Shown: piece after piece, positions 23,345 through 34,295 of the stretch
How the letters are laid out: each line of letters begins with the position of its first letter
How positions within the stretch are numbered: the stretch's first letter is position 1
NCBI RefSeq assembly: GCF_902713615.1
Contig: NC_052151.1
Coordinates: 151,051,050 to 151,115,049, forward strand
DNA from: Scyliorhinus canicula
Lineage: Eukaryota
Length of the DNA stretch: 64,000 nucleotides
Direction: 5' to 3'
Translations under genes and position numbers: made by a program
Notes under the pieces: generated by a model
What the model saw: only the letters and a program-made list of their open reading frames with translations
Database searches by the model: none
What the model was told of the DNA's origin: nothing

Positions 23345-23735
23345 TTTTTTTCCAAAAAATATACTTTATTCATAAAATCTCTAATAAATATTACAGAACA
23401 TTTTGAATTGTCGTGACTGTACATTTCCATCAAAGTTACATATTCACTTGGCTTTCTTACATTCAATTGGGATGACATTCCACACATTTCCCTGTTTACT
23501 TTACAATTCTTTCGTTACATCGTCATGTTTCTTTCAATCCCATTATACATTGGAGTGCTAATGACCAGACCAAGGGGTTTTACATTGTTACCAGCCCCTC
23601 AGTGTACACTTGTTGGAAGACCTTACACAGTAGTCTTTCCCCATTGCGCCTTGGCGGCAGCTGCCCCAGGCTTGAGTGCGTCCCTCAGCACATAGTCCTG
23701 GACCTTGGAATGTGCCAGTCTGCAACACTCGGTAA
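23345..23735 (-). mobile_element. Tx1/L1-type LINE 3' end
   Basis: AATAAA plus A-rich tail on minus; 11-bp TSD TGCTAAGTAAT at 23334-23344 and 23736-23746. Confidence 0.75.
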
Positions 23736-26434
23736 TGCTAAGTAATGCTCTCTTCTCAAGTTGGTTCCTTTTGAAATTGAGTTTACTGGACCTCCTGTAT
23801 GTATTGTTATCTCAGTGCTTTTGTGGGTAGATCCACTGGCTGACATAGGGTTGTGCCACACAAGAAAACCTCTGTATTGAATTAGCTGAGATCAGCTGGA
23901 GTGCTATAATTAATCTTTGCACTGCAAGGGAAATGAAAAACAATCAGTTTAGATTATACACCATCTAGTGCTCCTTGTTCCAATCCAAAAAGCTAGTCAG
24001 TGAATGAGAGAACTGGAGCCAGTCTTTACGCACTTTTATTTACAAAATTACACGTTACAAGCAAGCTGTTTCTAACCCAAATATGTTTATTTATGAGATG
24101 CAAGAGAATGCCCAGCAGCTACATTCAATTAAACACAACTAATATACAATTAACAATCCTTGCATGTGTGTGGGTTCCAGGTGAGGACAGGCTTGATTTG
24201 TGGCTGTGATGCCTTTATGGTTGACTAGCCTAACTGCAATTAACTTTAGATTTGGGTACTACAGGACACGGATGGAAATGTTTCTCTACTGGAGCCCGTG
24301 CCTTTATAATTGGGGGAATTAGGACTGAAGGGAGTGGTAGGGGTGGCCAGGCTGTGGGGTGGGGGTGGGCGGGTGTGCAGTCCAGCAAATGTGGCGCCAT
24401 GAATTCTGGCACGACTGGTGCAGCTGGTCAGCCCTGCGCATGCGGCCTGGGACCCGCCGATTCTCTGACTGTTTTCCCGCGCGATCCGAGGGTGTTTCAT
24501 GCGGCGCGATGCTAACCCCTCACCGGAATTGGTGAGGGGTTCATGCTGATTTTCCCGTCGTGAATCACTTGCGGATCCACCGTTGGTGCCGGCACCTAGC
24601 TCAGGAACGGAGAATTCCACCCCGTTTCCCTGAAACAATATACAGAGAACAGTGTGTTTGATTTGCCTTTGTTTGAAGTTTACCAAATTTCAAGTTTAAC
24701 TTGGGCACAGGAATAGTACGAAGCACAATAATTTTAGTTCACTTCCACTCATTAAAGTAGCAATGTTTTATTCCCGCTGCAGTTTCAGAAGCTAGGAGTT
24801 TATTCCAAGTTTTAAACCTAAAATGCATGGTGGAGAAATTGGTCCCTTTTATGTTTAAACTCTTTTTTTTCAGTGTGCTAATCTGTAACTATAATGTCAT
24901 GCAAATTTATTCCCAACAGACTGGGTGATCAAATGTTATTAAACATCTGTGCCGAGATTACTTACTTGTGGTAATTGGTAATGGTCCATTGTTTTAAATT
25001 TAGCAGGGGAAAGAAAAGACTTACCCCCAACAAGAAATTTGGGCAAGAACAAGCCAAATTGGTTTGTTGTATCTCTGTGGCAGTACCTCTGTTCAGACAG
25101 TTGATCAATTATCAACTTTGATGCAGCAAGAGAATTCTCAAACTTCACATATTCATTCACATTTCAGTTTTGGTCCCTCTTGTTGTCGAAGTCCAGTGTT
25201 CCTGCTGACTGGGCAGGTCACTGAACCCTGGTTAAAAAATAAGTCACCAGTTAAAATACTCTGGGCAGATATCAGCCTCTAACTTTGCTTTAATTTCTGT
25301 TGTTCTGAGGAGGGCATTACAAAGTTTTATGTATTAGGAGTAATTAAAGCATATCAAAACTGAAACAGCATCATATGCACTGGGAAACCCTCTCAGAATT
25401 CTGCAGATAAGTATTTGCATGGCAATTGTCCAGAAGCTCTAACTTCCCCCTAAACAATTGTGCTGCGCTAAAACCATCCAAAAAGTGATTTAGATCGCTA
25501 ACTTTGGATGGTCAGGGCTATACTAATAATTACTCCAAAAAGGCTTTGAAGAATTAAAATCTCTTCTAACTCTGGGTAACGCCAGCCACCCACGGACTCC
25601 ACTCTCATCCCTGTGCTGACCCAACCTGGCCTGTCATTTTCAATCGGACCTTTAAACTTACCTGGTTTGCAGCAGCTGGTGCAGCAAAGAAATGGGGCTT
25701 GGCCGCCTTCACTCCAACTCATTTAGACTTTGACACTGGGCCTCAGAGATGGCTGTGCTACCTGGATCTCTCCTGGGTCAGAAGGTCGAGCAAGACAGGC
25801 ATGGAGGAAATTTAGCACAGGGAAGTGGGCATGGAGTGGCAATCTAATGCTGGTTGCCAATCTGAGATCTTAGCAGTGCAGTCTGGTAGCTCAGAAAATG
25901 AGCAAAGGATAACTGAAGGATTAACTTTTCAATCAATAAAATTTAGTAAACATTTGCTCTCCTACATTTTAAATTCACAGCATTGTCTTGCCACAACTGG
26001 AGTTAGTTGTGCAATTTTCAACTATTCCTCTTGTCAGTGTTTTTCTATTGAGGTTTTTGAGGCATGGGTTAATAGCTGATGCTCATTTGTGTTCTTGGCC
26101 TTTAAAAAACAGAAGGTTGGCATTTTCTGTCTGCTGTTGAAACTGGTACGTCAATTCACCAAATATTCATTTAGAGTTTTGAAAATAATCTAACTGTAAT
26201 GCAAGTGCCAGCTGACTTATTTAAAAGTGGGATAAAAAGTGTTTCATTGGGACAATCTTTATACTTATCACCCATGTCCTCCTAAATGTCCTGCATAGAC
26301 ACTGTTGTGAACAAAAAGGGTAACCTTTAAGATGCTTGTGTGTAAGTGCAAAGCACTACTCTGACAGTAAATGTAGTAGTTGTGAATTAATCGGTTTAAA
26401 ACTCTTAATGCATTTGTGTTCTTTCTTTTCCCAG

Positions 26435-26513
26435 TCAGTCGATTCCAGTTTGGGTGGTCTTTCGCGATCTAGTACAGTGGCTAGTCTTGATACAGACTCC
26501 ACAAGGAGTTCAG
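26435..26513 (+). CDS. ITGB1BP1: ITGB1BP1 coding exon 2
   Basis: [26 protein letters not shown](G); polypyrimidine tract plus CAG, GTATTG donor; 79 nt. Confidence 0.97.
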
Positions 26514-26604
26514 GTATTGTACTACAGAATTCTTAAATATTTTATCCTATAAATATGGTTCAGATGTATTATAAAGTCTAATATTGAAAGCTCCCTTACA
26601 TTCT

Positions 26605-26797
26605 GGGGCTGGTTTAGCACAGGGCTAAAGAGCTGGCTTTTCAAGCAGACCAAGGCAGGCCAGCAGCACGGTTCAATTCCCGTACCAGCCTCCCTGAACA
26701 GGCGCCGGAATGTGGCGACTAGGGGCGTTTCACAGTAACTTCATTTTGAAGCCTACTTGTGACAATAAGCGATTTTCATTTCATTTCATTTCATTTC
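26605..26797 (+). mobile_element. tRNA-derived SINE with (TTTCA)n tail; relatives at ~7310-7420 (-), 29812-30010 (+) and 36640-36945 (+)
   Basis: GGGGCTGGTTTAGC head, GGTTCAATTCCC B-box, shared CACAGTAACTTCATT..GCCTACTTGTGACAAT 3' part. Confidence 0.75.
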
Positions 26798-27589
26798 TCA
26801 GACCTTAGCTGCTAATATGTTATTTTTTTCAATAGTAGTCAAATAGCAGTGGCAGATAGTATCCCATAATTGTGCTGCAACTATTGTATTTTTGACTTTT
26901 ACAAAACGTCATTGCTACAGGAATATGTTGATACAAAAATACTATAATTTAAATTGTTCCAAAGCGCTTGTGAATTCTCAGAATTAATCCTACTCTGATG
27001 ATACAATAAAAATAAATGAATGCACCAAATGATCTATCTGTAAGTCATACAGGAGTGTTAGATTCCACATCCTATTCTAGATATGTACTAAAGCAATCTT
27101 GTTGGGAATGGCAGAGGGAGTACAGTTGCTGCTACAATTGATCACAGTAACATAAATAGATCCACGAGGAATATGGAAGACCAAAAATCTGAATATAGAA
27201 GGAAGACTAATTGTGTCAACACCTGGGTGAAGTGGGAAGACTGAGTAGACTCTCTTAGATGTTTAAATCCTTTTTAATGTTAAAAGGCCCCCTCCCTCAC
27301 ACCCTTAAATTTTCTCCACCCCTCCCCCCCCAACCGGTGATTTCACTGATGGTCACTCAGAAGCTGCTTTATCCCAAGTTTTTGTCATTGTCACTGTTGA
27401 GCCTCCAATCTCATTGTTTCCAAAGAAATGGCCATACCGACCTGTTTCTTGTGTATACCTTCAATTAGAACCAAGCCAAAGGCCATCCAACTCCTCCAAG
27501 GAAGCATTTAGAACTGCTATTTATGACCAACAATTTATGACCGAATTCTCTAGTAGGCCCCCCTATCACATTCTCCCAGTTCCTTTGCC

Positions 27590-28530
27590 TCGGTCGCATC
27601 TGTTTCGATTATGCCATTTTCCAAAACGGTGCTGCTTAATTAAAGTCCAAAAGATGTGCAGGTTAGGTGGATTGGCCATGATATATTGCCCTTAGTGTCC
27701 AAAATTGCCCTTAGTGTTGGGTGGGGTTACTGGGTTATGGGGATAGGGTGGAGGTGTTGACCTTGGGTAGGGTGCTCTTTCCAAGAGCTGGTGCAGACTC
27801 GATGGGCCGAATGACCTCCTTCTGCACTGTAAATTCAATGATAATCTATGATAATTGTGGTTTCCCACCCACTGTGGTCGACGGGGCTCTCAACCTTATC
27901 TGACCCATCTCCCGCACCTCTGCCCTCACCTCTTCCCCTCCCTTCCAGAAGCAGATAGGTTCTCCTGTCCTCACTTTTCACCCCACCAGCCTCCACATTC
28001 AAATAATCATTCTCTTCCCAGTATGTTGCCACCATCAAACACATCTTTCACTCACTCCCCCTGTCAGTGTTTCGTAGGGACCGTTCCCTCCGGAATGCCC
28101 TGGTCCACTCCACCATCACCCCCAACAACTCACCCTCTTGCCACAGCACCTTCCCATGCAATCGCAGAAGGTGTAACACCTGCCTATTTCCCTCCTCCCT
28201 GCTCACCGTCCAAGGGCCTAATCACTCTTTTCAGGTGAGGCAGCGCTTCATGTGCACCTCCTTCAATCTGGTCTATTGCATTTGCTGCTCCCAATGCAGT
28301 CTACTGTACACCGAGAGACTAAACGCAGACTTTGTAGAACACCTTTGGTCTGTCCGTAAGCAGGACCCAGACCTTTCTGTCGCTTGTCATTTCAACTCAG
28401 CATTCTGCTCTCAGGTCCACATTTCCGTCCTTCACCTGCTGCAATGTTCCAGTGAAGCCCAGTGCAAACTGGAGGAACAGCACCTCATATCGACTAAGCA
28501 TATTACAGCCTTCCGGACTTAACATTCATA
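27590..28530 (+). mobile_element. Penelope-like element 3' ORF (GIY-YIG endonuclease), degraded and interrupted by a SINE tail at ~27645-27850
   Basis: ORF 28067-28522: C...RCNTC...FMCTSFNLVYCICCSQC.LLY...EH......VACHFN, the PLE GIY-YIG signature. Confidence 0.85.
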
Positions 28531-29599
28531 GAATCCCTACAGTGCGATAAGGGGCCATTCAGCCCATTGAGTCTGCACTGACCCTCTGAAAGATCACTCT
28601 AGCCAACACACTTCCCTGCCCTATCCCAATAACCCTTTAACCTACACATCCCTGGACACTAAAAGCAATTTGGCATGGCCATTCCATCAACCCTGCAAAT
28701 TTTTGGACTGTGGGAGGAAACCGGATCACCCGGAGGAAACCCACGCAGACACAGGGCGAATGTGTAAAATCCCCACAGACAGTCACCCAAGGCAGGAATT
28801 GAACCCAGGTCCCTGGTGCTAACTACTGTGCCGCCATACATTGAGTTCAACAACTTCAGGCTGTGAACCCTCTCCTCCATCATCACTCATTTTTATTTCT
28901 ATCAAATTATTTTCATTTCTTCCATCGATTTGTTTTCCCCACACCATTGTGCATAATGCCCCAAGCAAATAACTATGGCCGGGATTCTCCCGGCATTCTC
29001 CCCTACCCGGCGGGGCCCTATATTTTTAAAATGAGTATGCATTTTGTTTCGCAAAAGAAATTGTGTACCTTTTGCTAAATCACTTTATTGATGTAAAAAA
29101 AGCTCTGGATTTCCTGATACTTGGGTACTACTTAATATAACCAGAGTGATCCTGTTCTACACAGAGCTTACATTTGATCACCACTAGAATAGTACTACCA
29201 CTGACCTCCGTACGGCAAAACTAAGAAGGAAAAACATCAGCTAGGGTCTCCACGGTGGTCTCTGAAGTCTTTTCCCACAAATATACTGCTCAACTTGCAT
29301 GAAAAATGCCCACTCGGCAAACTACCAAAAACAACCAGTGGCCTGTAAAATATACCCCAGTGTAAGTTGAAAGAACAGGGAAGAAAATTGGCGATGGGAT
29401 GGTTGGTGGAAGTTGAGGATAAATTGGATGCTTTTCATTTTCCATAAATCACAATTTGAATAAAACATACATCAGTGGAAACAGAAAAACCTGGGGCTAA
29501 TTTTCTGGAATGGTTAAAGCAAAAGAAGTTGTTTTTGCTGATTACTGCCGAGTAATTATTTGGCCAAAGACAAATTGTGTTTTTCTACTTTTGTTACAG

Positions 29600-29736
29600 G
29601 ACAGAGTAACAGTAACTTTGACACATGTACTGAATTCCGAGTGAAGTATTTAGGTGCTATTGAAAACTTAAAAGCCAGTTTATTTGAATGTCTTCAAGGA
29701 CCACAAGATTTGATTAATTATATTGATTTGTCACAG
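29600..29736 (+). CDS. ITGB1BP1: ITGB1BP1 coding exon 3 (start of PTB domain)
   Basis: [45 protein letters not shown]; CAG acceptor, GTAAGA donor; 137 nt. Confidence 0.96.
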
Positions 29737-30632
29737 GTAAGATAATGGAATTTAAAAGAATGCTTGTTAATTTATCTGTCATGAACAAACTTTTCCTTTG
29801 CATACATAATCGGGGGCTGGTTTAGCTCAGTGAGCTAGATAGCTGGTTTATGATGCAAGGCCAGCAGTGTGGGTTCAGTTCCCGTACCAGCTGAGAATTC
29901 TGCATTCTCCCTCAGTGTACCCGAACAGGCGCCAGAATGTGGCGACGAGGGGCTTTTCACAGTAACGTTATTGCAGTGTTAATGTAAGCCTGCTTGTGAC
30001 AATAATAAAGGTTTTATATTGAATAACCTTCAGGAATTTAAGAACATAAAAAATAGGAGCAGGAGCTGACCACACAGCCCATTGAACCTGCTCTATCATA
30101 CATTACCATCATGGCTGTTCACCACCTGTCAAAGAAGCAAATTCTGTGTAGTGACCTGTCAAATTGACATCCCATGTTTTCATGGGACACTGGCACAGGT
30201 ACTCGACTGGTGGTCCAGCGGAAAGGGTTTACAGGGAAGCAGTAAAGGTTTTAAATTTTTAATATAGAGTAGGGAAGAATTTACAAGAAATTAAACAAGT
30301 CTAGATGTAACCAAAACAACAAGGAGAGCATAGCAGAGTTGGCTTCTGTAAACTAAAGGGAAGACATAAATATAGCCCGGGACTAAATAGAATTATAGAA
30401 CCAGAGTATAAAAAGCAAAAAATGAAAGTGAGAGGAACTGTTATTAAAAGAGGGTTAAGCAGGGGCAGCACAGAGACACACTGGTTAGCACTGCAGCCTC
30501 ACGGCACTGATCCAGGCTCTGGATCCCTGTCCGTGAGGGGTTTTCACATTTTCCCCGTGTTTGCGTGGGTTTCGCCCCCACAACCCAAAAAGATATGCAG
30601 GGTAGGTGGATTGGCCACGCTAAATTGCCCCT

Positions 30633-31115
30633 TGTAGAAGGGACTTTAGTTGGCGGATTAGTTGCCTTAATACCCTGTATTAATTTTAACCAGCTGCTTG
30701 ACTATATTTCATGGAAATAGGCACTTGGCAAAGCATGATGGATATTTAGCCTGATTTCAGTCAAGAAGTTCTGTATCAAACAGTCAGAAGGTCATACAAT
30801 GCAAACAAGCGTACAGCTGCACATTGTTTTGCTGACAGCATACAATTATTATTTTTCTTAGGCAAGGTACCCAAGGCTTGTTATTAAAATCTAACTTTTG
30901 ATAGCCTGCTCGGTTTTCTGTCTTTTGATAATCTAAGGAATGCCTTCTGTCCTGGATATTGCCTACTGTATCATATTTATTGCCTGCCTTTACCTCTGAA
31001 AAGGAGGGACAATTGGAATGACTGTGGTCTCTCCAACCACCACACACCCAACTTTGTGTTTAATTAAAGGATCTTTGGCAAAAACGCGAAGTGCTGACTT
31101 ATAATTTCTTTGACA
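30633..31115 (+). mobile_element. Solo LTR inserted into a SINE
   Basis: TG...CA termini; 4-bp TSD CCCT at 30629-30632 and 31116-31119; ATTAAA near the 3' end; the SINE at 30461-30632 resumes at 31116-31160. Confidence 0.8.
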
Positions 31116-31199
31116 CCCTTAATTGGAAAAAGATAATTGGGTATTCTAAATTTATTTTAAAGAAGGGGGTTAAGCAATGCACACAGTGTCCTTAATAAA

Positions 31200-32720
31200 A
31201 CAGCGGAATGGGAGACAATTGTATTGCACGGGATGAGAGACAATTGTATTGCGAGAAACAGTTCCGGTAGGGATTACTGAGATATTGCTGCAAGAAAATC
31301 AGAACTGTCAATTAAACGTTACAAGGTACAACATTTGAGTGAAAAGGGGAGGTGGAGCAGCTTTGCTCATTAGAGATAATATAATGGCAGTAGATTAGTG
31401 ACACAGTCCTCAGTAAGACAAATAGAATCAATGTGGATAGAGATAATAAAGGATGAATCACAATAATGGGTGTCGTCTGAAGACTACCTAATAATGGTAG
31501 GGAGGTAGAAGAAGAGCTATACAAACAAATCAGTAAAAAGAGTAATGACCTTGGAGGATTTCAACTACCCTGGAGTTATGATGTGGAGATGCCGGCGTTG
31601 GACTGAGTGAGCACAGTAAGAAGTCTTACAACACCAGATTAAAGTCCACCAGGTTTGTTTCAAACACTAGCTTTCGGAGCACTGCTCCTTCCTTCACCTG
31701 AGGAAGGAGCAGTGCTCCGAAAGCTAGTGTTTGAAACAAACCTGTTGGACTTTAACCTGGTGTTGTAAGACCTCTTACCCTGGAGTTAGTCAGCAGAGGT
31801 AGGTAAAAGGGCTAAGGAAATGGAATTTCTAAAAGTGTCATTTATAACCCATAATCTAAGAAGCCGAACAAGAGAATAAACAATAGTCAACCAAAGCAAA
31901 TAAGTAGGACAGCGTCTAGACAATATTGACCATAATATATTCATCAAGATAACTCAATGGGACATAAAATTGACAAAATTCAAAGTAATAGATTGTAGAG
32001 AGGCTAATTTTAAGGGGCTAAGACTAGAACTTGGGAAAACATAGTAAGGAACAATATTGCCAAACCATGGTGTGGAACAGCATGGGAAACATTTTACAGT
32101 GTTCAACATTGCCCAGGAATAATATATTCTGATAAAAATCAAGAACAAACTGAACACTAATGAGAGACCATGGATTAATAAAAACTTGGGGGAAAAATTG
32201 AGAATATGGAAAGAGGGAGATAGAATATGTCTTGGGAACTGTAGACCAGTCAGCTGAACATTAATAATAGGAAAGTTAATTGAATCCTTACCAAAGGAGA
32301 AAATCTAAAAACTAAAAATACAGGGCTGGATTCTCCTCTTCCCCAGCCACATGTTTCTCGGCAGCATGCCATTCACTGCGGGATTCTCTACTCCCGACGC
32401 TTGTCGAGTTTCTTTTCCATTGATGCCACCCACGCCTCTGGGAAATCTGTGGGCTGGGGTACGCTGCTGGTGGGCCCAGAGAATCATCATAGTTGGCGAA
32501 TTCCGGTAATGTTGAATTGTCAGCGTAGATTTAAAGGGAAATGCTTTTGATTACCAACCTTATTGAATTATTTGAAGAGGCAAGAGAGATGGTTGGCCAG
32601 TCTAATGCAGATGTAATTTATCTGGATTTCCAAAATGCCTTTGATAAGGTGCCATATAATAGATGAATGAATAAGGCCAGAGATGTAGTCATGGGACAAG
32701 CAACAGAATAGATGCAAAAC
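31200..32720 (+). mobile_element. Old, degraded CR1 ORF2 region (host of the palindromic PLE insertion)
   Basis: Remnant GGGAL, DFNYP, NYRPVS and YLDFQNAFDKVP motifs with many indels. Confidence 0.6.
31579..31775. mobile_element. Palindromic Penelope-type terminal-repeat element with hammerhead-like core
   Basis: 78-bp inverted arms (31616-31693 / 31701-31778); 13-bp TSD TACCCTGGAGTTA; CTGAGGA-stem-GAAA core. Confidence 0.8.
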
Positions 32721-33319
32721 AAAAAAACACCAAGATGGACTAAAGTATAATAAGTATCCCTAATTTTTAAGGTCGTTTTGCTTTTGGTCGATGGCTGCTT
32801 TTCAGCTCTTAGCAGACTTTTTCTTTTTCTGCCTGCTGAACCTGGAGCTTATACCCTCCAACTTGGGTGTTTTAACTTCAAACCCAAAGATCTTCTGGAA
32901 AATCCCCACAGACAACCTCTCAGAATTCCAATCAAGGCTCCACCGTGAATTACTCGACTCTATGGTAAGAGGTTAGCTGAGATGTTCATTCAATTTTTGG
33001 ATTAACTATTAATTTTATAATCAAACCTTTTGACTATGGGACCCATCTGAATAATTAAAGATTCTAATGAAGTCAGAACAGTTTTCTTCAGACTGCAGTT
33101 CCTCAGCTAAATAAAGGCCACTTTTTTATGGCTTTCACCCTCTGAACGCTCACCTCGCACGTCCCTTTGATCGTCCATTGTTTGAGGTGTTCTGGGAATT
33201 TCTGAAGCCCTTTTAATTACCTTCTCTTTACAATTTCAATCTTCCAATATTTTGCTTCCATATGTTTTAGTTTGGAAAAATGGCAGGTTCTTCTGCAGTG
33301 CTTGTTCTTTCTGTTGTAG

Positions 33320-33412
33320 CAATATGGAAAACTACCTTTTACACCATCAGAAGAGGAGAGTATTTTATATGTCTCCAAATATGGCATCAAAGTTGCATCT
33401 GCTGATCAATTT
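33320..33412 (+). CDS. ITGB1BP1: ITGB1BP1 coding exon 4
   Basis: [31 protein letters not shown]; TAG acceptor, GTGAGT donor; 93 nt. Confidence 0.96.
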
Positions 33413-33712
33413 GTGAGTATATTAATCTTTCCTGTTTCCTTCTAATGTTATAATGGTGAGAAACCTTAAAAGATGCCGGAAATAAACAGATGCTCATTTC
33501 AAACAGTAATCACTTAGTATCAGGGTGCATGATCATGATTTCCCCTGACAATTCCTATGACTTTCTAATAACTGAGTAATGGGATGCAATTGTATTTTGC
33601 GAGAAAGCAATTATGGTAGAGATTACGGAGACATGGCTATAGGAAATCAGGACTGTCAATTAAACATTGCAAGGTATAAAATTGGAGTATTGCTGAAAAA
33701 GGATTTTTTTTT

Positions 33713-34068
33713 TGTCAAAGCTTTTCATCTTGAACTCATCAAGACAATTCGCAAGACCAAATGTAAAAAGGAAGAGTGCTGATTAGTTGGCAAGTGGACT
33801 CTGATTGGAGAATTCACCAGTTGATAGTAACGGGAGCTTAACTGCCAAGCATTGTTTGAAATTCAAATCAGTTACCTTCACTATGGTCAAGGCATTGCCC
33901 TAAGGAATGAACCAGTGAATGGCTGTCACTTATTTTGTTAGCTGAAACAGGCACAATGTGTGTACATATTTTTATTGTATGGAAAATACAGGTCCCTGTG
34001 TATTAACCTGGCTTCCAGTACAGGCAAATGCACCACACTGTGAGCTAACAGACTATGTTAAATTGGCT
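33713..34068 (-). mobile_element. Penelope-type terminal fragment with degenerate minimal hammerhead; related copy at 58505-58538
   Basis: Minus strand reads TGTC-TTGATGA-GTTCAAGAT-GAAA-AGCT-TT-GACA. Confidence 0.55.
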
Positions 34069-34080
34069 GTCAGCATAATT

Positions 34081-34295
34081 AAAAAAAAAAAATTTAGAGT
34101 ACCCAATTATTTTTTCCAATTAAAGGGCAATTTGGTGTGGCCAATCCACCTAACCTGCACATCTTTGGGGTGTGGGGGTGAAACCCACGCAGACACGGGG
34201 AGAATGTGCAAACTCCACACAGACAGTGACCCAGAGCTGGAATTGAACCTGGGTCCTCAGGCAGCAATGCTAACCACTGTGCCACCTTCCTGCCC
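34081..34295 (-). mobile_element. Short tRNA-SINE
   Basis: TSD GTCAGCATAATT at 34069-34080 and 34296-34307. Confidence 0.85.

Noticed and set aside
26605-26690. tRNA gene candidates at SINE heads
   Set aside because: A/B boxes continue into SINE bodies with tails and TSDs; no complete cloverleaf
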